From: a virus
Lineage: Duplodnaviria > Caudoviricetes
Reading direction: 5' to 3' (one strand)
Length of the DNA: 64,000 nucleotides
Virus record (IMG/VR): IMGVR_UViG_3300023175_000030
Location: 935 to 64,934 of that record
Positions within the stretch are counted from its first letter, which is position 1, and the number at the start of each line of letters is the position of its first letter. A program made the position numbers and the translations under genes. Under the pieces are notes generated by a model that saw only the letters and a list, made by a program, of their open reading frames with translations, searched no databases and was not told the origin of the DNA. Shown here one piece after another: positions 15,656 to 23,789 of this stretch.

Positions 15656-18469
15656 CTATTTTACATAACTTGCAATTTTTCTGGCTCTGGATTTATTACC
15701 ATACTTTTCCATTGCCATTTGTTCTACTTCTTTTTTAATTTGTTTCGTATTATATTTAGGGTTAATTTCTCTAACGATTTCTTCCATTTCCTTTGCATCT
15801 TTTTTATCTGCATTTTCAATGATTGTATTAATTTCGTTAATTTCTTCCCTCTTCATAATTTTATATGCAAGATCAACTAACTTAGGTAATGGAAGTTTTT
15901 CCATTTTAGACTTATTAGAATCATTAACCTTGTCATATATTTGAACAACTGCAGATGCAGTAAACAAATCAACCATAGTTCCTTTGATTTTCTTTGCCTG
16001 TTTATTATCAACGATATCTCTCATATCGTCAATAATAGACTCTGTAAGTTGGGAGTCTTCCATACAATGTTGTGCCATCAGAGGGCGGCCGATCATTTGT
16101 TTTTTACGAGATTTCGCAATTTTCAAGGTCTTTTTGTCTTTGATTCTCATTGGAGGGCGTTCTGCACTTGCAATAGATGACTTTGCACCCTTCTCATCTG
16201 ACGCCGTTGCAACAACTTTGTTATCATCAGCGGTATCATATACAATAAATGGTTCCTTTAACTCTACGAAAAGTTCTGCCTCTTCTTTCAGTCCAAGTTT
16301 CTTTGCAAGGTCTGCAGCATCTTTACCCATTCCGTAAGAGTTGTCTTTAATTCTCTGTTTAAACCACTTTTTAATTACTGGACGAGCATCACCCTTTGGA
16401 TTTCTCTTACCAGCAGCATAAAGGTCGTCAAACAATTCATCGTCACCCAACAGACTATAAAGTGCATCTGTTGCGTCATCTCCCTCTTTTCCAAGAGTAA
16501 TTGGTTTAGACATCAATTTCTTCAATGCAGTCACTTCGGATGACTTATCAGCAAATGCCCAAGTACCTTCTTGCAAATCTTCATTTGTTAATTGAATTGC
16601 TTTATAAACTGCAGGGTCATCAGAAAGTCCTTTTGCAATCTTTTCGATTGTTCTGACAATCTGTGTCATATTCCCACCCTTCCAACGAGGGTCGTTTAGA
16701 ACACCAAACGCCATCTTGTATTGTTTTTTGGAATATTTTTTCTCATTAAGATTTTCTAAGTCTTCAAATATCTTGGACGCTTGACGAAGGTCAATAGTAT
16801 TAATCGTACCCATATCATCTAGAGTTCTAAATCTAATACCTCTTCTATCTAATTGCAATTCAACATCATATACTTTTCCGTCCTTTCCACGAATAGAACG
16901 TATAATTCCATTTTTAAGTTTTGGATTGCCGCCTCTAATCTTAGGAGCAGCCTCTTGTAATTCTTCTTTAACAAATTTTGTTAGTGACACACCCATATCT
17001 CCCCATGCTAGTGAAGCATCTCCACCTTTTCTACTGTATAAGAAAAATTTAGTTCTGTTGCGAGGATCGGTAGCAGAACCAAGAGAAACTTTTTCTACGT
17101 CATACTTTGCACTCTTCGACTTACCCTTTACAACTAAAGTTTCCTTATGTCCTTTTTTCATCGATGAATCAAAATGTACAGTTACTTTATCACCCTTCTT
17201 CAGTTTTTCAAAATCTTTACGAGCAACCAACATCTCACTTAAAACTTCTTCTTGATATAAATCCCACTCTTCGTGAGACATTGTTCCAACTTCTTCTTTA
17301 TACATATTGAGTTCATATCTTTTATTGTCCAAGTTTGCAACTTGAATTTGGACACCTCTAGATTTACCTCTCTTATCAGTACCCATTAAACGATATGAAT
17401 TTGTTTTTCCATTGGATGGTTTTCTAGGGCCCATAGCAACTTTATCATCAATTTCTTCTGGGTCAATTTCGATTCCAAACTTTTTCTTAGCAAAATCATA
17501 TGCATGTTTCATTGCACTAGAAAAATCTTTATGATATAGTTCATATCCAGTTGACGATTTGGCTTCTTCCAACTCTTCTCCAATAAGTCTTTTTGCATAC
17601 GCATCAAACGACTTTTGGTCTTCTACAGAGTCTTTTCCTTTACCTTTACCTTGGAAAAGTTCTCTCCATGCCTTTCCGTTCTTATATTTTTTGAAGTATG
17701 CTTGCAGTTTAGCAGCAGTTTCCCTGTCAATATTTACAATTTCTTTATCATCATAGGATAAACTTCCAATTGCAGCTTTGCCGGCTTTAACTTCCCAACG
17801 TTCTTCTAAAATTTTATTAAAAATTTCTTCAGTGGTAATATCTTCTTTTTTATATCCAAGTTTCTTCAATTTCTCTTTAAATGCAGATTGTCTACCATCA
17901 AATTGTTTTTCGTTAGAAAGGTCTTTTTTACCTTGGTCTTTATACATTAATTTCTGGAGTTTTTCTTTAAAGGCCTTTGTTCTACCATCTAACTTATACT
18001 CTTCTTTTTCTACTTCGTGATATCCTTTATCATCGCAATGATCACATCCTTTACCTTCGCATTCTGGACATTCGACCTTTTCCAGTTCTTCTTTTTTGAT
18101 TTCGATAGAATCTTTTGCTGCGTTTTCTAAATGTCCTTTATCATTACACATATCACATCCTTTACCTTCGCACTTAACGCAAGGCATCTTTCCTTCTTTT
18201 ACCGCTTTCGCAACTTTGTCGGAAATTGTGACAGGATACTCTTTATCACCGAATTTAAATTTTTTCTTGCCCGCCGATTTCGCAGCACTAGCGGCCCCAA
18301 TAAAGTCAGCGACATCTTCTTCCCTTACCTTTTTTGCGACATCCTTACTGATAGTAACAGGATACTCTTTATCACCAAGTTTAAATTTTTTCTTACCAGC
18401 GGCTTGCGCTGCAGACGCAGCACCAATAAATGCGGCAATGTCTTCAATTGTCATATTCTTTTTAAACAT
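15656..18469 (-). CDS. 937-aa modular K/E-rich protein, candidate internal head polyprotein
   Basis: Tandemly repeated N-terminal modules, two CxxCxGxGCxxC Zn fingers, many small domains joined by ILEE/LEEA/LSE/LQE/LNE/LTE/IIE junctions. Confidence 0.8.
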   Translation of the reverse strand: MFKKNMTIEDIAAFIGAASAAQAAGKKKFKLGDKEYPVTISKDVAKKVREEDVADFIGAASAAKSAGKKKFKFGDKEYPVTISDKVAKAVKEGKMPCVKCEGKGCDMCNDKGHLENAAKDSIEIKKEELEKVECPECEGKGCDHCDDKGYHEVEKEEYKLDGRTKAFKEKLQKLMYKDQGKKDLSNEKQFDGRQSAFKEKLKKLGYKKEDITTEEIFNKILEERWEVKAGKAAIGSLSYDDKEIVNIDRETAAKLQAYFKKYKNGKAWRELFQGKGKGKDSVEDQKSFDAYAKRLIGEELEEAKSSTGYELYHKDFSSAMKHAYDFAKKKFGIEIDPEEIDDKVAMGPRKPSNGKTNSYRLMGTDKRGKSRGVQIQVANLDNKRYELNMYKEEVGTMSHEEWDLYQEEVLSEMLVARKDFEKLKKGDKVTVHFDSSMKKGHKETLVVKGKSKSAKYDVEKVSLGSATDPRNRTKFFLYSRKGGDASLAWGDMGVSLTKFVKEELQEAAPKIRGGNPKLKNGIIRSIRGKDGKVYDVELQLDRRGIRFRTLDDMGTINTIDLRQASKIFEDLENLNEKKYSKKQYKMAFGVLNDPRWKGGNMTQIVRTIEKIAKGLSDDPAVYKAIQLTNEDLQEGTWAFADKSSEVTALKKLMSKPITLGKEGDDATDALYSLLGDDELFDDLYAAGKRNPKGDARPVIKKWFKQRIKDNSYGMGKDAADLAKKLGLKEEAELFVELKEPFIVYDTADDNKVVATASDEKGAKSSIASAERPPMRIKDKKTLKIAKSRKKQMIGRPLMAQHCMEDSQLTESIIDDMRDIVDNKQAKKIKGTMVDLFTASAVVQIYDKVNDSNKSKMEKLPLPKLVDLAYKIMKREEINEINTIIENADKKDAKEMEEIVREINPKYNTKQIKKEVEQMAMEKYGNKSRARKIASYVK
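18010..18445 (-). repeat. intragenic duplicated modules (2x FIGAASAA..AGKKKFK.GDKEYPVTIS; 2x CEGKGCD.C.DKG)
   Basis: DNA repeats such as ACAGGATACTCTTTATCACC (about 18231 and 18357) and TCACATCCTTTACCTTCGCA (about 18042 and 18153). Confidence 0.85.
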
Positions 18470-18497
18470 GAAAAATCTCCGTTTTCTTATTATTTAT

Positions 18498-20849
18498 CTA
18501 TTTTTTAACCTTGGCCCACAAATCCGCATCACCAGTGGTTCTTGTTTTGCCACCTGTGATAAAAGAATTTACTCTCGCAAATGCCCATTGTTGTGGAGTA
18601 GTTCCAGGCCTGTGGCCACCTTTCCAGGCTGCCATACCTCTATCATATACCTTTTTTAGAATTTCATATGAAATGCCAGACTTATCTGCCTTCTTAACTA
18701 GTCCAGCAATCTTAGCTTCGTCTAGTGTCTCTGCACTATCTTCGCCGAACATTTGTTTATATTTCTTAGTATATTGCGAAGGTTTCGTTTCTGCATCCGC
18801 ATCTCCAGGCGCTGGTTTATAAGAAGAGTCTTTTCCATCTGGTTTAGACGCCTGTTTTTTAAAGTGAGCAGCTCTTTTGTCTTTTGTTGATTTTGACATC
18901 TCATCACCATCAGCATCTTTTGCATAATACTTTTTTGGTTGAGATCCATCTTTGTCTTTGATATCTGGGTCTTGAGTTGTCTTTCTTTCGTAAATAAATT
19001 GTGAAAAACTTTTTATCTCTGCATCTTCGTTAACTGCCTTCATCACATCTTGCCAACTCATTTTATATGCTAGTTTGTCTCCAATCTTTCTCGCAAGCTT
19101 GCGGCGAGCCGCAATCTTATCTTTTAAAGTTGGTTCAATAACATCTTTTTTCTTTTTAACTTTTACTGTTTTGGAAGACCCTCTTGGTCTGTGTAACCAT
19201 GCAATCTCTTCTAAATCTTCTGTAGAATAACCAAGTTTCTTTTTCAGAATGTTCATTGCAGTTGCCATCTTAACTTGCATCCACTCATCGCCGTATCTTT
19301 TCTTAAAATCATCATCTGGCAAATCTTTTGCAATCTTTTCTAAATCCTTTTCTCTTTCTGGATTCATCTTAAAATCTTCTGGAACACAATTAGGAACATC
19401 TTTACCACTCTTCTTTTTCATTCCTACTTGTTTGTAGCCAGGCCAACAATCTTCTATTTTATTACCGTCTTTGTCATATTTACCAGACTTCTTTTTAGCG
19501 ATTGCAATTGCAGCCTGTTGGGCTCGAGATACACCTTCATCTTTTCCAGTAATCCTGTCACGGAAATCTTTTTTAACTTCACCATCAGTAACTTTCTCAA
19601 CATCTTTAATAATCTTTGGATTTTTTAACATTTTGCGTAGGTTATTTTTAACTTCCCCAGCACTACTTGCATCTACATAAAAAGTGGGCAATCCTTCAAT
19701 ATCTACTTGATAATTCGCTTCTTCAAGACTTTCATATTTCAATTCTTTACTTGATGTAGAAAAATTCTTTTTACGCATGATTGTTTTATGGACAACCTCA
19801 AAATCACCATTCTTATAATTGATAACTACAGGTAAATTTAAATTAGTTGACATGTCTTTGAGAACTGCTTCAATGTCGGGGTTTGCCTTAATCTGAGAAC
19901 CCTTTTTCTTTTGAATTTTTTTGAAAAACTTTTGAAGTTCTGCTACTTTAATTTCTGGGTCATTTCTAGTATCATTCATTCTATCAACAAAGTGTCTTGT
20001 AAATGTAACATCAATATCATACTTTGCAAGCATTCTATCTGCAAACTTTTCTAAATCATCAATTTGTTTTTGAGATACTTCTTCATTATTGTATATTCTT
20101 TTATATACTGTTGCATAATCATCATCAATACCAATTTTAAAATCCAACTCTTTATAAACAGATTCTATTAACATTTCGTCTTCAATATCTTCTACAATCT
20201 CTACAAATTCTGTGTCAATAAAACGTGAAAAGTCTGAATTGGTTGCCTCAAGAAACTCTGACAATTCTTCACTTATATTCATTGACTTTCTAAGAGTATT
20301 AAATAATTTTTTTCCGTTAGACTTTTCAAATGCAGATGGTAAACCATTTTTAAAACTATCATAGTCATTTGCAGCAGCTGCAGCTCTCATCTTAGATGCA
20401 GACATTCCAGTAACACCTTCAGCATCTGGATCTCTTTCTCCTGCAGAGACTACTTCGATACCACCTTTAAAATCATAGAAACCATGACTTCCTTTTTTAC
20501 CATTGTATTTGTTAAGTGTAGTTTTAAATTCTGTAACTCTATCTCCACCGACAACCATAATACATCTCTTATAACCCATATCATATAGCATAGGCGCAAT
20601 CATAAATGCAGTTTTTGCATTTCTATTGGAGATGATATTACGAGAATATTTTGGAAACATCTTTTTCATAAAACTAACTTTAGTTTTATGATCTAAAGGA
20701 TCCTTTTTGTCATTTTGCGAATGACTAGGGAATACCATAAAATCGGCGCCTTCTTTTTTGGCAACCGATGCAAGTTTTTCTATAAGTTTTTCGTGTCCTG
20801 TGGTCGGAGGATTAAACCTACCAAATGTAAAAACTACTGTATCTTTCAT
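18498..20849 (-). CDS. HxGH nucleotidyltransferase (cytidylyltransferase/NMNAT-like) fused to a string of small modules incl. C-terminal DUF5824-like domain
   Basis: FTFGRFNPPTTGHEKL, VGGDR, SAGERDPD..GMSASKMR; later CWPGY..VPNCVP and KKVYDRGMAAW..GHRPG..QQWAFARVNSF modules. Confidence 0.85.
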   Translation of the reverse strand: MKDTVVFTFGRFNPPTTGHEKLIEKLASVAKKEGADFMVFPSHSQNDKKDPLDHKTKVSFMKKMFPKYSRNIISNRNAKTAFMIAPMLYDMGYKRCIMVVGGDRVTEFKTTLNKYNGKKGSHGFYDFKGGIEVVSAGERDPDAEGVTGMSASKMRAAAAANDYDSFKNGLPSAFEKSNGKKLFNTLRKSMNISEELSEFLEATNSDFSRFIDTEFVEIVEDIEDEMLIESVYKELDFKIGIDDDYATVYKRIYNNEEVSQKQIDDLEKFADRMLAKYDIDVTFTRHFVDRMNDTRNDPEIKVAELQKFFKKIQKKKGSQIKANPDIEAVLKDMSTNLNLPVVINYKNGDFEVVHKTIMRKKNFSTSSKELKYESLEEANYQVDIEGLPTFYVDASSAGEVKNNLRKMLKNPKIIKDVEKVTDGEVKKDFRDRITGKDEGVSRAQQAAIAIAKKKSGKYDKDGNKIEDCWPGYKQVGMKKKSGKDVPNCVPEDFKMNPEREKDLEKIAKDLPDDDFKKRYGDEWMQVKMATAMNILKKKLGYSTEDLEEIAWLHRPRGSSKTVKVKKKKDVIEPTLKDKIAARRKLARKIGDKLAYKMSWQDVMKAVNEDAEIKSFSQFIYERKTTQDPDIKDKDGSQPKKYYAKDADGDEMSKSTKDKRAAHFKKQASKPDGKDSSYKPAPGDADAETKPSQYTKKYKQMFGEDSAETLDEAKIAGLVKKADKSGISYEILKKVYDRGMAAWKGGHRPGTTPQQWAFARVNSFITGGKTRTTGDADLWAKVKK

Positions 20850-21232
20850 GACCCTGCTCTTGTAATTTTAGTGATTCTTTCAATCTGTTGATTGATAATA
20901 GCCTCTCTATTGGGCCAGTAAATATACTCTTTTTCTTTATTCTTCATTAAATTATTTAGAAGTGGCAAAATCAAATTCTCCACCTCTTGTAATTTATTTG
21001 ATACAATAACCTTTTCATTTTCATAATAATCTTTTACTGTAGAAACTTCATCCAGCATACTACCAAGACGGTCTGCAAGATTGTCCATTTTGTATTCTAA
21101 AAGTTTTACGCTCTCGCCTGTAGTCTCCAACTGAGAAGTCATCTCGTCAGTCTGTGTAGATGTACCAGATAATCCTTTAAGATCTTCTTCATCTACTGCT
21201 GTAAAACCAAAATCTATATCGTCTTGTGTCAT
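20846..21232 (-). CDS. conserved hypothetical protein (DFGFTAVDE...PLL.NL.KN..KEYIYWPNR)
   Basis: ORF track; ATGA coupling. Confidence 0.8.
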   Translation of the reverse strand: MTQDDIDFGFTAVDEEDLKGLSGTSTQTDEMTSQLETTGESVKLLEYKMDNLADRLGSMLDEVSTVKDYYENEKVIVSNKLQEVENLILPLLNNLMKNKEKEYIYWPNREAIINQQIERITKITRAGS

Positions 21233-21510
21233 GTGTCAAACCTATGAATTTTTATTTCTAATTTTCCACAGTCATATCCTTTTATGACTCTATGAAAAAC
21301 TCCTTTGTTTATTTTTAACATCATTCCTTCCAAGAGAGGGAAAGGAAATTCGTCATCATATTGAAAATGCCAATCATCAGATTTTAATATTTCAACCAAT
21401 CTAGTTTCATTGTCTCTGTGCCACACTAAATCATTTACATCAGCATCACCAGAAAATATTCTCTTTACTGTTCTTTCATCAATTACTTCTTCAATATATG
21501 GAACCATCAT
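21229..21510 (-). CDS. small cupin-like protein
   Basis: LVWHRDNE.R...W.FQ.D...P....I.KG.FHRVIKG cupin-type His motifs. Confidence 0.7.
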   Translation of the reverse strand: MMVPYIEEVIDERTVKRIFSGDADVNDLVWHRDNETRLVEILKSDDWHFQYDDEFPFPLLEGMMLKINKGVFHRVIKGYDCGKLEIKIHRFDT

Positions 21511-21520
21511 AAATCACCTA

Positions 21521-22054
21521 TTACCAAAAAAAGTTACCACCGCCACTTAATCCAAGTTGTTTTGCGTACTTTGGAAGTCTACATGCCCAATAGCCTGGTT
21601 TTGTCTTATCGTTCTTCTGATCGCAATTATGTCTTGCAACAAAACTCTTTCTTGCCTCTGGGTCATTAATTTTTGCAGTCAATCCTGTTGTATCTCCAAA
21701 AGAAACCTTAATTACATTTCCTTTATCATTTTTAACATATACATAATACTTTTTCTTTCCACCTCTCTTTGGAGAATTCAATTCTACATCTTCTTCTTCC
21801 ATCAAAGGACAGTCCAAAGGAACATATTCTTGTTCCTCAAACATCGCCCACTCACCAATATCTGTTTGTAACATTTCTATGTCGTAAAGGTCAAACTCGA
21901 CTTTACCCTCTTCGAATAATCTTCTTGCAACTCTAAAGGTCTCATAAAAATTATTTGAACCTAGACGAAAGACATTATCAATTAGTGGTATTTCATTCTG
22001 TCTATGATACAACACCATTTCTTCTATATTTTGAAACTGTTTATAAGTTTTCAT
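21521..22054 (-). CDS. DUF6321-like protein with N-terminal capsid-targeting-like sequence
   Basis: Start reassigned to ATG 22054 (MKTYKQFQNIEE, ATGA overlap); KKYYVYVKN..GNV.KVSFGD...ARKSF.ARHNC...K.GYWAC. Confidence 0.8.
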   Translation of the reverse strand: MKTYKQFQNIEEMVLYHRQNEIPLIDNVFRLGSNNFYETFRVARRLFEEGKVEFDLYDIEMLQTDIGEWAMFEEQEYVPLDCPLMEEEDVELNSPKRGGKKKYYVYVKNDKGNVIKVSFGDTTGLTAKINDPEARKSFVARHNCDQKNDKTKPGYWACRLPKYAKQLGLSGGGNFFW

Positions 22055-22554
22055 CTCAATAACTTCTCCAATTCTCTCATAGTCTTCGCTGGATTGACAT
22101 GACGAATACCAATACCACCTTTCGCTTCCCATTCTTTTATATTCTTAGGATAATCATCAATTAGAATATTTGGTTTATCATTTGTTGTAGCAAATTTCTG
22201 TTTATCTGCTCGTTGGACTAAATGTATTTTTCCATTCAATCTCAAATTTTTTGAAATCCAAGATCTTTTTCCTTTTTGTGAGTTCGAATCTCTTTTTGAA
22301 TATGCAGATAAAATATTTGCATTATATTTGTTTAACATTCTCCACATTTTTTCTGCACCAGGCATCCATGGAAGGGTATGCCAAAAATCTTTTTTGGATT
22401 TAATATCTTCCCATCTTTCTTCTTTATCAGTTGATGCAAAGTCTTTATTAAATGTATCTGTATATCCGCCTGTAAAATTACAAAGGACTTCATCCATATC
22501 GCAGTAAATTTCTGGCATTTCTTTTTCAAGAATATATTGATTGAATGTTTTCAT
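22051..22554 (-). CDS. HAD 5'(3')-deoxyribonucleotidase-like phosphatase with capsid-targeting-like N-terminus
   Basis: MKTFNQYILE leader; IYCDMDEVL (DxD), ILSA, K..W, ILIDD...N...W...GG.GI. Confidence 0.85.
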   Translation of the reverse strand: MKTFNQYILEKEMPEIYCDMDEVLCNFTGGYTDTFNKDFASTDKEERWEDIKSKKDFWHTLPWMPGAEKMWRMLNKYNANILSAYSKRDSNSQKGKRSWISKNLRLNGKIHLVQRADKQKFATTNDKPNILIDDYPKNIKEWEAKGGIGIRHVNPAKTMRELEKLLR

Positions 22555-22844
22555 TTCATCAAACCTTTTATTATTTTTAATGCCTTTTTACCATCTGGGT
22601 GGTTCGGGTTAATACTGACTTCATCTCCGTTAACAAAATCAGAAATATTAGCTGACTTGCCAAGAGCAGCAATTGCTTTGTGTAATGGATCTTTTGGATC
22701 GTATCTTCGCTCAAAATCGGATTTTCCTCTTAGTTCTACCCAACTCTTTTCCTTAGTATCCCACATTTTAAGAACATCTTGTCCTTTACCACGAATCAAT
22801 TTAAGTTTGATACCTTCAGAAAGATACTGAGTAAATCCTAACAT
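22551..22844 (-). CDS. hypothetical protein with capsid-targeting-like N-terminus
   Basis: MLGFTQYLSE leader; coupled to both neighbours. Confidence 0.75.
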   Translation of the reverse strand: MLGFTQYLSEGIKLKLIRGKGQDVLKMWDTKEKSWVELRGKSDFERRYDPKDPLHKAIAALGKSANISDFVNGDEVSINPNHPDGKKALKIIKGLMK

Positions 22845-23788
22845 TAGTCATCATCCATTTCGTCCATGATACTATAATCATAAACAGCGTCAATGTAATC
22901 CTTGGCCTTTGTCACTTTAGAAACTACCCACGCTTCCATTTCATATTCATCATTTTGTGGACTATCTACTTCTTCCATAAGTGCCTCTGCAAGTTCCGTG
23001 GACTTATTAGAAAGAATAATAAGTTGTCTTAACATCATCTCCAAACTATCTTGTGCAAATTCTGCGTCTTCTCTAAGTAGTTCTTCTTTAATTCCTCTTG
23101 CGGCCTTTTCTGCAGAAATCCACTTTTTAGCGGCACTGTTGGATGGTTTTTTCTTTGTCCATGAACCAATAGTTCTATATGCCCTCATAACATCTCTTTC
23201 AAAATCTGCACCGTCTGAGTTATCGATTACAACCATTTTTGATTTAAACGCAGACTGAAATTTTCCAATATTTCCTTGAACACCTTTCCACATAGATTCA
23301 ACTTCATTGTCTGGAAGACTTCTCGCTCTTAGTCTATTTCGGTTTAATGCGGTGTCTAAATCGGTATTGACAAAAATCATTGCGGTTTCGTAACCCATCG
23401 CCTCTAACTTGTCTTTTTGTTTTTTAATTTTGTCATAGTCTTTTCCAGTACCATCGATAACAAGTCCAAGTCTACCCTTCATGTATCCCGCTTGTTGCAT
23501 CGCAGTAAGTGCCTTTGCTTTACCTCTTACTTGTTGTCCAAGGTCAGAAAAAATATCATCTGGGTTTCCTTTATCTAGTCCGGCCTTATCCAATGCTCTT
23601 TCAAATGCAGGGTCAGAGTTTACAACTCTTAAACCAAAAGAAGTAAGTGCAGTTCTACCTACAATAAAAGACTTACCAGAACCTGGCCCACCAGCGAGAA
23701 ACACCGCCTTAAAAATGCCTGGGTCATTGATACCTTCATTTAAAGATTCTTCATTCCTAAGATTTTCGATTATATTTTTTATATCCAT
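22844..23788 (-). CDS. P-loop kinase (PNK/AAA_33/zeta-toxin-like) with extra acidic C-terminal module
   Basis: AVFLAGGPGSGKS Walker A, VVNSD, LVIDGTG, lid ALNRNRLRAR; N-terminal ..ESLNE and internal IKEELLRE junctions. Confidence 0.85.
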   Translation of the reverse strand: MDIKNIIENLRNEESLNEGINDPGIFKAVFLAGGPGSGKSFIVGRTALTSFGLRVVNSDPAFERALDKAGLDKGNPDDIFSDLGQQVRGKAKALTAMQQAGYMKGRLGLVIDGTGKDYDKIKKQKDKLEAMGYETAMIFVNTDLDTALNRNRLRARSLPDNEVESMWKGVQGNIGKFQSAFKSKMVVIDNSDGADFERDVMRAYRTIGSWTKKKPSNSAAKKWISAEKAARGIKEELLREDAEFAQDSLEMMLRQLIILSNKSTELAEALMEEVDSPQNDEYEMEAWVVSKVTKAKDYIDAVYDYSIMDEMDDD

Positions 23789-23789
23789 T

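Noticed and set aside
22055-22132. Longer start for the DUF6321-like gene
   Set aside because: Overlaps the HAD gene; ATGA-coupled start at 22054 gives the family-like leader
22844-23788. Zeta toxin-antitoxin module
   Set aside because: No epsilon-like antitoxin is evident; late virion-cargo context with ligase-like and phosphatase neighbours fits a PNK-like role better, though a toxic kinase is not excluded
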